The position numbers were made by a program, and so were the translations under genes. Positions 1-8,800 of a DNA stretch of 13,284 bases are shown one piece after another; within the stretch, counting starts at the first letter, position 1, and each line of letters begins with the position of its first letter. Origin of the DNA: Octopus sinensis (Eukaryota); assembly GCF_006345805.1 (NCBI RefSeq), contig NW_021826167.1, positions 1 through 13,284 of the forward strand, written 5' to 3'. The notes beneath the pieces are model-generated. The model did not search any database. It had not been told where the DNA came from and saw nothing but the letters and a program-made list of their open reading frames with translations.

Positions 1-347
1 AATTGAACCAGCCAGGATCCCTGGTCTGGTGGTACGTAAAAAGCACCATCTGACTCGTGGCCGATGCCAGCACCGCCTCGTCTGGCTTCCGTGCCGGTGG
101 CACATAAAATACACCAATCCGACCGTGGCCGTTGCCAGCCTCGCCTGGCACCTGTGCAGGTGGCACGTAAAAAGCACCCACTACACTCACAGAGTGGTTG
201 GCGTTAGGAAGGGCATCCAGCTGTAGAAACACTGCCAGATAAGACTGGAGCCTGGTGCAGCCTTCTGGCTTCCCAGATCCCCGGTCGAACCGTCCAACCC
301 ATGCTAGCATGGAGAACGGACGTTAAACGATGATGATGATGATGATG

Positions 348-348
<1 letters not shown>
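1..348 (+). mobile_element. 3' end (3' UTR and (GAT)n tail) of an RTE-type LINE or RTE-tailed SINE, cut by the window start
   Basis: Ends CCAACCCATGCTAGCATGGAGAACGGACGTTAAAC(GAT)n. It is the diverged reverse complement of 2151-~2470, which is physically joined to an RTE ORF C-terminus. Confidence 0.85.
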
Positions 349-378
<30 letters not shown>

Positions 379-501
379 ATGTATGTATGTATGTATGTGT
401 ATATATATATATGTATATATATATATGTATGAATATATATATATATGTATGTATATATATATATGTATATATATGTGTGTGTATATATATATATATATAT
501 A

Positions 502-538
<37 letters not shown>
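349..538. repeat. Compound (TATG)n/(TA)n/(TG)n microsatellite
   Basis: Directly visible; explains the YIYI/MYVC ORFs in the track. Confidence 0.98.
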
Positions 539-540
<2 letters not shown>

Positions 541-543
<3 letters not shown>

Positions 544-1206
544 TAAATATATGGCACAACGAAGTACCGGTATTTACTGGAAATAGCGAACGTAATAATA
601 CGACGCTAATGTATAGCTTCACCGCGTATGTACTAGCAAAAATGCGTGTGTGCAACAAACTAGAAAAAAATTGTCTTACCTCCGGGGAGAACATCTGAAA
701 GATGAAATACCTGGAAAAGGATAATGTGGGACCTGCGCAGGTTTCAGATTTTTCAAGATATGTCTGCCACCCATAAACTTGATCTATCTTCATCAGCCAA
801 ACATATACCACGACAACCTTTCAGATGTTACCACATTAATGCCAATACACTCGACTGAAACGGCGAAACGCTAACAGCACAAGAACGGTGAAGAAGTTTC
901 AATAAATTAGTAATGCAATACTAGAGTATTGCTTTCCAGTAAAGAATAGCCCGTGAGGGAAAAATATACAAAGAAGTAAATATATGGCACAACGAAGTAC
1001 CGGTATTTACTGGAAATAGCAAACGTAATAATACGACGCTAATGTATAGCTTCACCGCATATGTACTAGCAAAAATGCGTGTGTGCAACAAACTAGAAAA
1101 AATACCGGTTCTTCGTTGTGCCATATATTTAATTCTTTGTATATTTTTCCCTCACGGGCTATTCTTTACTGGAAAGCAATACTCTAGTATTGCATTACTA
1201 ATTTAT
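541..1206 (-). mobile_element. Small non-autonomous hammerhead-bearing retroelement (retrozyme-like / Penelope pLTR-like): 433-nt unit, partial tandem copy and terminal inversion
   Basis: Direct repeat 541-668 ~ 974-1101 (offset 433, 2 mismatches). Inverted repeat 902-1008 / 1100-1206 (2 mismatches). Hammerhead at 724-804. (TA)n on both flanks. No credible ORF. Confidence 0.7.
724..804 (-). ncRNA. Type I hammerhead ribozyme
   Basis: The minus strand reads ATGTTTGG-CTGATGA-AGAT(36 nt)ATCT-GAAA-CCTGCGCAGG-TC-CCACAT. Both core boxes are intact, the cleavage triplet is GUC (cut between 730 and 729), and stems I, II and III all pair. Confidence 0.85.
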
Positions 1207-1272
1207 ATATATATATATATATAATATATATATATACATACATACATATACATATATATATATATATATATA
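1207..1272. repeat. (TA)n/(TACA)n microsatellite
   Basis: Directly visible. Confidence 0.97.
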
Positions 1273-1775
1273 TTAAGGTATGTAGAAAAATACAACATGG
1301 ACAAGAACGTATAACTCTTAGAAGACGATACAATAAACACGGACAGGACATTCGAAACCCTCAGTCTTCAGTCAAGAACCGGATCATCGTAGTAATTTCG
1401 GCTGATTAATCTTGAGATTACTAGATCACGGCCAGCCCTCCAAGAAAAACTAAGCAACGAGCATTAGAAAAACTAAGCTGGGAGCGTAGATTTCCTGGAA
1501 GAAGGATCGAATGCATACGGACACCAGGACAGCAAAAGGGACGAATATAAAAAAACAAAAAAATAATGGAATACAGAAACATGAAATACAGAAGCATTAA
1601 CGGTGTGAAAACAACAACAAGTGTCTTACGACTGATAACAAGCAAACAAATTTTTTCTCTGGCGCAAGGAAAGGAGCCTTATCGGAGATGCCTATAGCGG
1701 CGGACGAAAAACAACGATGTTAACACGACGCTGGTCAGAAGCGTGAAAGGCAGATTTCGGCCAGCAGTCACGTGA

Positions 1776-2068
1776 CAGAGAAGAGAGAAAAGAAAGAAAG
1801 AGAAGCAACGGAAAGAGAGAGAGAGAGAGGAGAGGGAGAAGAGGAGGGACAAACGCGACAAAGAGCGAGAAGAGAGAGAAAGAAGGAATCAGAGAGAAGG
1901 GATGGGTGTCGAAGAGCGACCTGTGAGTGCAGAGCGAGACAAAGAAATAGGAGGGTAGTGGAAGATTAGACCAAAGAATCAGAGGAAAGAGAAGAAGAGA
2001 AAAAGAGGATGAGTAGAGAGAAGGGGACAGATCAAGTAAAAGTGAGAGAGAGAGAGAGAAACAAAGAG
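1776..2068. repeat. GA-rich low-complexity / degenerate (GA)n tract
   Basis: Strong purine bias with (GA)n runs; produces the ERER/SLSL ORFs. Confidence 0.9.
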
Positions 2069-2150
2069 TCGTACCAGTTATTAAGAATATGTGCTCACAT
2101 TAATGTTAAGAGGGTACGTGGCGCCTGGAATATATGTTAAGGTAATATAT

Positions 2151-3112
2151 ATCATCATCATCATCATCATCATCATCATTTAACGTCCTCTTTTCATGCT
2201 AGCATGGGTTGGACACAGTTCACCTGGGGTCTGTGAAGCCAGGAGGCTGCATCAGGCCCAGTATGATGTGGCAGTGTTTCTACAGCTGGATGCCCTTCCA
2301 AACGTCAACCACTCTGTGAGTGTAGTGGATGCTTTTTACGTGCCACCTGCACAGGTGCCAGACGGAGCTGGCAGACGGCCTCGGACGGATGGTGCTTTTT
2401 ACGTGACACCGGCACGGAGGCCAGTCGGGGCGGTGCTGGCAACAGCCACGATTGGATGGTTCGCTTACTTGTCACTGGCATCACAGCTGCAATTTCCATT
2501 GATGTTGATCGACTTCAATTTTCGTTCTGCTTTCTGATATCTGATTTGATTTGGTTTGATTTTGATTTTGATTCTGATTTTCACTTGCCTCAACGGGTCT
2601 TCACAAGTGGTGTTTTGTGTCCCAAGAAGGAAAAGTATGTATAAGTCGACTGGCTACATACCAGGTAGAGGCCACGGGTTATGGTTTCACTAGTCTTGCC
2701 GGGTCTTCTCACGCACAGCATACTTCCATAGGTCTCGGTCTCTAGTCATTTCCTTAGTGAGACCTAAAGTTCGAAGGTCGTGCTTCACCACCTCGTCCCA
2801 GGTTTTCCTGGGTCTACCTCTTCTACGGGTTCCCTCAACTGCAAGGGAGTGGCACATTTGCACACAACTATCTTCAGCCATTCTCGTCACATGACCATAC
2901 CAGCGCAAACGTCTCTCTTGCACACCACAACTGATGCTTCTTAGGTCCAACTTTTCTCTCAAGGTACTTACACTCTGTCGATTATGAACACTGACATTAC
3001 ACATCCATCGGAGCATACTGGCTTCATTTCTTGCGAGCATACGCATATCCTCAGCAGTCACGGCCCATGTTTCACTACCATGTAGCATGGCTGTACGTAC
3101 ACATGCATCATA
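2151..3112 (-). mobile_element. 5'-truncated RTE-clade LINE (ORF C-terminus, ~510-nt 3' UTR, (GAT)n tail)
   Basis: (ATC)n at 2151-2178 is the tail on the - strand. The ORF carries the RTE C-terminal motifs MLHGSETW, LRWYGHV and RGRPRKTW. Truncated at the (TA)n starting ~3111. Confidence 0.92.
2690..3112 (-). pseudogene. C-terminal fragment of RTE LINE reverse-transcriptase polyprotein
   Basis: YDACVRTAMLHGSETWAVT...ERRLRWYGHVTRM...EGTRRRGRPRKTWDEVVKHDL...RDLWK, stop at 2690. The Met at 3088 is internal, not a real start. Confidence 0.92.
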
Positions 3113-3148
3113 TATATATATATATATATATACAGATATATTTATGTA

Positions 3149-3181
<33 letters not shown>
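3111..3181. repeat. (TA)n microsatellite
   Basis: Directly visible. Confidence 0.97.
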
Positions 3182-3353
3182 GGGGTAGAAAATATTTCAG
3201 TAGAGAAACACTTGGTGGATATATATAAAAAGAGAAAAGATGAAAAAATCAGAAGATTTGTTTCACAGGATTTAGGGGTATATTAGAGCCATGGAAAAAA
3301 AAGATTTATAATTTTGTACAAAATAAGGTTTTGTCCTTTCCAAATAATTGAAG

Positions 3354-3377
3354 GACCGGTTTCGAGTTGCTTATCAA
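3354..3377 (-). ncRNA. Minimal hammerhead-like core, copy 1 (U3-A8 variant)
   Basis: Minus strand TTGATAA-G-CAACT-C-GAAA-CCGG-TC: 1-bp stem II, palindromic stem III ACCGGT, GUC triplet. Stem I pairs poorly. Confidence 0.45.
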
Positions 3378-3448
3378 ACTGAGAGTTGAAAAAAAAAGAT
3401 ATATAATTTTGTACAAAATAAGGTTTTGTCCTTTCAAAATAATTGAAG

Positions 3449-3472
3449 GACCGGTTTCGAGTTGCTTATCAA
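3449..3472 (-). ncRNA. Minimal hammerhead-like core, copy 2 (U3-A8 variant)
   Basis: Identical to copy 1, 95 nt away. Confidence 0.45.
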
Positions 3473-4087
3473 ACTGAGAGTTGAAAAAAAATAGATACGG
3501 CAAGTGGAGATAATTGTTCATTCATATATTTTACAGTTAAGGGGAAGTAAATCTGTAAATTTTTATTTGTTCTCACTATTTTTTTTTTCTGGCTTTTGCC
3601 CTACATTAGATGGGGTAAGTCCTTTATTTTTAATATGGGTTTATATTTATTTATTTGGTCTGTATTTGGGGATAAATGAGTCTTCTTTATTCAGTCTTAC
3701 TTCTTGAAGATTCTCACCAATGCCAAACTATTCCCTAGAACAACAGATGCAAGAGTTGTAAAGTGTGGTTCACCTATTTGCAGAAAATCTTTTAGAAGGA
3801 TCGGAATTCCATTTCAGACAAGGGCAAATATTCAAAATCAAATCCAACGTCCCTTGCACACCCCAAAACCTCATTTACATAATCAGATGCTTGGGCTGCC
3901 TTCGAAACTAAATTGATTCGAGAGGAATTTTAATCCAAAAGAGCTGTATGGTCCACAAACAAAAAATTCCTCCCCACAATATCGCTGAGATACCTCAGTT
4001 ATCACACTGATAAATGTGCAGAACGATTAGAAGCACAATTCGTTAGATTCCCATTTCAGCAACTTGCCTTCTGGACCTCAACACAAG

Positions 4088-4450
4088 ACTAAACTCCTCA
4101 CAGTAACTTTCTTCCATGTTACTTTCGATCTGTGCTCTGGTAGACACAAGCTTTATCACAAGCCAAACCAGAGAATGTCTTGCATTAGAACTGGCACCAG
4201 CCCTATATTTTTCAAGAACCTAGTGAGAGGTGTAAGCAAGAGGATCTCGAATCTGTCCTCGAACCAAGATATCTTTGACGCTACTGCCCCCTTCTACAAC
4301 GAAGCACTGGCATGGAGTGGATTTAAGGACTGCCTCTCCTACATGCCAGGCCCTGACACCAGGAAAGGAAGCGCCGCAGAAATGTCTTTTGGTTTGCTCC
4401 ACCCTTCTCGCTTAACATCGATACTTGTGTTGGAAATATTTTCCTGAGGA
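4088..4450 (+). pseudogene. Penelope-like element reverse transcriptase C-terminal/thumb fragment (second PLE piece)
   Basis: VTFFHVTFDLCSG..YHKPN..KRISNLSSNQDIFDATAPFYNEALAWSGF then, after a frameshift, RKRRRNVFWFAPPFSLNIDTCVGNIFL. This matches the PLE pattern FLDVTFDL..Y.KPN..RIS.LSS..F....P.Y..AL..SG..RKR.IIWFNPPYS. Confidence 0.85.
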
Positions 4451-4473
4451 AATATTTCAGGGTTATTTTTCTA

Positions 4474-4524
4474 ATCATCATCATCGTTTTAAAATCTCTT
4501 TTTCCATGCTTGCATGGGTCAGAC
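4474..4524 (-). mobile_element. Very short RTE-type 3' tail fragment
   Basis: (ATC)n-GTTTTAAAATCTCTTTTTCCATGCTTGCATGGGTCAGACA resembles 2151-2215 and the reverse complement of ~292-348. Confidence 0.7.
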
Positions 4525-4569
4525 AAAAGCACATTAGGAGCACTCGGCCGGTTATGACAACATTTGTTT

Positions 4570-4702
4570 CTTTTGATCTGATCAATGGAACAGCCTGCTC
4601 GTGAAATTAATGCACAAGTGGCTGAGTACTCCACAGGCACACATACCCTTAATGTAGTTCACAGGGAGATTCAGCATAACATACACAATATGACAGGGCT
4701 AG
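4570..4702. mobile_element. SINE-like interspersed repeat fragment
   Basis: GATCAATGGAACAGCCTGCTCGTGAAATTAA..CAAGTGGCTGAG.ACTCCACAG..ACCCTTAA.GTAGTT resembles an abundant octopus repeat as I recall it. No tRNA-like head is visible, and the family is not verified. Confidence 0.5.
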
Positions 4703-4704
4703 AT

Positions 4705-4903
4705 GGGGATCTTTTCCGTTTGAACGGCAGTTTTTTAAAATAATTTCCACGTAACTAAACACTTTTAAACTTCATATACTGGTAGAATGTGTTTATAAAA
4801 CATCTTTTTCTCTTGGTTTTCTTGAGAAAATTCTATAGTTTGTAAGATATTTGTTGTTTTTTTTCTTCAATTTCTGCAATTTCAACCAATCAATGTCGTC
4901 TAT
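4705..4903. mobile_element. Probable non-autonomous DNA transposon terminal fragment
   Basis: GGGATCTTTTCCGTTTGAACGGCAGTTTTTTAAAATAATTTCC..TAACTAAACACTTTTAAACTT resembles a recalled octopus repeat. No partner TIR was found in the window. Confidence 0.35.
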
Positions 4904-5366
4904 AAATAAAACGAACCCTTTATTTTCCCTTTTTGCCACACAGTATATATAATACCTGTTTTTTTTTTTTGGGGGGGGGGGGTTAGCGCGGGAAATTTCT
5001 CTGAAATTTTATCGCCAAGAAACAAATCCGACCAGTTTGGGATTTTTGTGGAAACTCATCCCAACCCCTACGAATAGAAATAATAATGCGATATAATCGG
5101 ATTCTATGAATCGATTATGGAAAAAATAAAAATTTACAAATAGAAAAAAATGTGCGAAAAAGAGTTTGTGTGAGATTTGGCTGCTATTTCTAGCAGGTGA
5201 ATAGACTGCTTATTTAAGGTACGGCTGCGCCCAGTTTTGATTTCGAAGTATTTAAAAAAGCTTATTTGGAAATCAAAGAGAAAGGAAGGACGCATTTTAA
5301 AAGCGAAAATTAGAAAAACAAAATTTCCAAAAACCTCCGTTCCACCCGTGTCGCCCACCCAAGACG

Positions 5367-5706
5367 GGGAGAGAGAAAAATACAGTGTCAGAGGGAGAGA
5401 GGGTGAGAGAGAATAAGGAGAATGGGAGAGAGAGATGGTGAGAGAGAATAAGAGGGAGGATGAGAGAGAGGAAAATACAGAGAGAGAGGGAGAGGGGTAA
5501 AAGAATAAGAGACAGGAAAATACAGAAAGAGAGAGGGGGTGGTAAAAGAATAAGTGAGAGAATGAGAGAGGGGGAAAATACAGAGAGAGAGATAGGGTGA
5601 GAGAATAAAAGGGAGGATGGGAGAAGGGGAAATACTGATAGAAAAATACAGTGTGGAGGAAAAAGGGTGAGAGAGAGAGAGCATAAGGAGAATGGGTGAG
5701 AGAGAG
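5367..5706. repeat. Purine-rich degenerate minisatellite (GAAAATACAG / GAGAATAAG units embedded in (GA)n)
   Basis: AAAATACAG recurs about five times and GAATAA(G) several times between (GA)n runs. Confidence 0.88.
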
Positions 5707-5712
5707 TATTTC

Positions 5713-5718
5713 TTTATT
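5713..5718 (-). promoter_or_regulatory. Polyadenylation signal of the LINE
   Basis: AATAAA 6 nt before the element end, following a T-rich 3' UTR. Confidence 0.7.
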
Positions 5719-5889
5719 CACCATAAGGTTGAGAAAAAGAGGGGACAAAACAAACGTTGGGGTCAGGGTATCGAATGAGACGAAACGTATGAATAAACAA
5801 ACAATTAAAATATATCCAATTAAATGAGAATGAGTGATTAACAAAAAAATGAAGCGGAGGACGCGGTTGACCCCACAAACCACATCCTC

Positions 5890-8800
5890 ACACTGAAGAC
5901 TTTGATTTCTCCTTTTCTACATTCTCGATTAAACAGGTTCTTTCACTCGCAACATACTTGCTGTAGACTTCCATCTTTACGAAAACACTTTGCGACGGCA
6001 TTTCTTCTCCAGCCTTATTTTCCGTTTCATGTGGAAAACGAAAAAGTCGATTAGCTCGAGACTGGAGATAAACATGCCTGTTGCAATTCCTTTTACTCTC
6101 GTCTTCACACTACTTCTTTCGCCATAGCAACTACCGAGAGAAAACAGGCTCGCTCCTCCCTATTCAGGAAGGTCGGCGGAACTATCTTAATTACAGATTC
6201 GCTCGACAGTTGTACTCTTCTCGAATGCGACAGCAGGTGTTCGACATAAGTCCAGAGTTCAGTCACCTTGGGGCATTGCACAATCGCGTGCAGGACAGTT
6301 TCACTGTCCCTCTTACATCTTGCACAAACCGGCGAAGGTGCACACCCATGTCTAAAGAGCTTATCTCGAACCGGTAAAGTTCCTCTGTAACATTGCCAGG
6401 CCAGGGACTTTTGGTAATTATCCATAGGCCCCGGACCGAATGTTCTTTGGAAACAGCTGGCCAGTTGATTTTCGGCGAAGCCCAGAGTTTCTCCTAGGTC
6501 GTCGTCACACTTAAACTCTCTAAACCTCTATAGAAGAACACGGTAGTAGCCCTGCCACCGGCGTTGCCCGACTGGGAGAGAAGCACGAGTGCCTGATAGC
6601 ACTCTGCATGCCACATGCCCAACCTCGGTCTACACTTGATCCATGGGTTCAGTTCGTTTAAACGATGTGAACTGTGGAAAAAACAGCTTGACAAACGGAG
6701 ACCACACCTGCTCACCGTCCAGGTAAATCCAGAGGTGCCTTAGCCTGAGCGCATGTCTGCGCATTTTAGCCACGGCATCCCTAACCCACCGTTCAGCGGC
6801 TTTTGGCAGCAAATAGAGCGCCTTACAAGAGGTCTGCTGCCCCTCCATAAAAGCGAAAGAGCATGCGTTCCAGTTTGTTCAGCCACGAATCGGGGCAAGG
6901 CACTACGGTTAGGCGGTAAGTGATTACAGAGGCGATAAACACTTCTGCAACCTCCGCCTTCCTTTCAAGGACAGATTCCGTTCAGACCATGTCTGAGTTA
7001 GGAGAGCCACCTTTCTCGCCACCTCGCTCCAATCCTTCTCTATCTGGAGATCTGGACCTAACCAGATCCCAAGCATTTTCACCGGTCCTTCCGTCCAACG
7101 TCCTACGACGCTGTCGGAAGACATCGACTTGCCCCTCCAGGTGCCGAGTTGCAAGCCGACGATTTATCCCGGTTGACTTTCGCTCCTGCAACCGCTTCGT
7201 AGTCCCTTAAGGCCTCACCCACCCACTGTAGGTGCTCGACTCGGGAAACGATGACGGTGATGTCGTCCGCATACGCCGAAGCTGACTTTCCGCACCCTAG
7301 ATCTGCGGGGTGCCTCTCATAGTTTCCAACCTCCTCAGCAACGGCTCGAGGGCCAAAACGTAGAGAAGCGGGGAGAGAGGACACCCTTGACGTACCGAAC
7401 GTTCAATGCTGAACGGTTCGAAAGGAAACCATTTACCCGAACTACCGATTCGATGTTGCTGTATAAGCGATGATCCATCCGCGGAAGGTCGGGCCGAAGC
7501 CAGCCGCCGCGAGGACCGCCGCCAGATACTGATGGTCCACCCTATCAAACGCTTTCGATTGGTCCAAGTGGACCATAGCCCCACCCTTGCCAGGAATCCT
7601 ATTTACCCTTTCTAAGGCATAGCGTAGAAAGTGGAGATTGTCTTTGATGGTCCTTCCAGGGATGGCGCAAGTTTGCGCCTCGCCAACAAGTTCACCCACG
7701 ACCCTCGCCAACCTTTTTGCTAAGACCTTGGCCAAGATCTTCAACTCTGCGTTAAGCAGAGTGATAGGCCGGAAATTATCAATTAAATCCCCCTTGTTTG
7801 GGTCCTTTCTTAACAACGCTACCACCCCTCGGCTCACAGACTTAGGAATTCTCCCGTTCTGCTGCCAGTTGGTGTACACGCATGCAAGTAGGTGCCCAAA
7901 CAAGTCTGGCATGCTACTATAGAGTTCGTAAGGCAGACCATCGAGTCCCGGCGATTTGTCCCCGCCGCATTCTGCCAACATATCCTCGACTTCTTTGGCT
8001 GTGATCAGCGCCTCACAAGATTCCGCGTCCGGCCTCGATAGACGCGGCGAACCGGCTAGGAAGTCTGCGAGCTTCTCCCCGCGCTCCAGCTCGCCGCTCC
8101 TCCCGAATAGCTGGGCGAAATGATCATGAAACACCTTGCACATCTCCTCGGGTTCGTTTACTAATCGACCATTTGGGCCCGTCAAGGATCGAATGGTTGA
8201 GCTGTTGCCACGCTGGCCCTCTACCACCCGGGCCCATCCGGCTGCGTTGATCCCTTCCTGTCTCATTGCACGGATCTTAGCCCTGACAATGCACCCTTCA
8301 TGTTTAGCTTGGAGATGTTGGTCTAGTGCTAACCTCGCCGCTAACACTTTCGATGCACTGCCTGACCTCATTGCCTCCTCTATTGCCTTAACTAGTTCCT
8401 TTTCTACTTTGTTTCTAGCACTAGCTAGTTCTTGCTAACCTAATTGACTCAAATTTGATGGCTCTTTTCAGGGCGTACCACCATTTATTGTTGATAATGG
8501 ATCCGGTAAACGCCCTCATTACTAATTGTTTAATCCGATTCCTGTAGGCTTCACAGTCCAATAGTGACTTGTTTAGCTTCCAGTAACCGGTACCTCGTCT
8601 ACACATGCTATCTATGTCGAGCGTACAGGTCACTAATTTGTGATCGCTGTAGCTGACGATATGGTGTTGTGGACAGCTAAGTATTTCTTATCTTTCCTTC
8701 TAGTTATGATTCTATCGATATAAGATCTGGACGACCGTCGTTTCTTGCCCAGGTCCACTCTGGAGTGTCTGGATGGTCCAGTCTGAATCTATCTGCCAAT

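Larger units (their letters stand above)
3295..3490. repeat. Tandem duplication, 2 x 95 bp, near identical
   Basis: GGACCGGTTTCGAGTTGCTTATCAAACTGAGAGTTG starts at 3353 and again at 3448. Confidence 0.97.
3182..4087 (-). mobile_element. Penelope-like element 3' portion (GIY-YIG endonuclease and downstream region) with inverted 5' segment
   Basis: The minus strand 3706-3647 encodes QEVRLNKEDSFIPKYRPNK* (GIY-YIG C-terminal R..E..FI.K..P motif). The plus strand ~3707-4087 encodes the preceding part across frameshifts: ILTNAKL..KCGSPIC / FKIKSNVPCTPQNLIYIIRCLGC / VHKQKI..PQYR / DKCAE..FPFQQ..TSTQ. The left boundary is approximate. Confidence 0.8.

Noticed and set aside
28-178. Three ~20-nt repeats with ~45-nt spacers, superficially CRISPR-like
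   Set aside because: The spacers are homologous to each other, the context is a eukaryotic LINE 3' UTR, and there are no cas genes.
204-811. ORFs 204-557, 323-811, 330-698 and 383-586
   Set aside because: Translations of (TA)n/(TATG)n microsatellite and non-coding repeat, with no protein-like content.
1345-1375. Possible third hammerhead, CTGAAGA..CGAATGTC on the - strand
   Set aside because: The GAAA box is broken, and stems II and I do not pair.
1767-1776. Palindrome GTCACGTGAC (E-box/CLEAR-like)
   Set aside because: A single 10-mer in repeat-derived context with no promoter evidence.
5093-5118. Hairpin ATAATCGGATTC-TAT-GAATCGATTAT
   Set aside because: AT-rich and isolated; not followed by a Helitron-type CTRR end or any other supporting feature.
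5134-5883. 249-aa hydrophobic ORF resembling a membrane protein
   Set aside because: An artefact of the CT-rich strand of the minisatellite plus the LINE 3' UTR.
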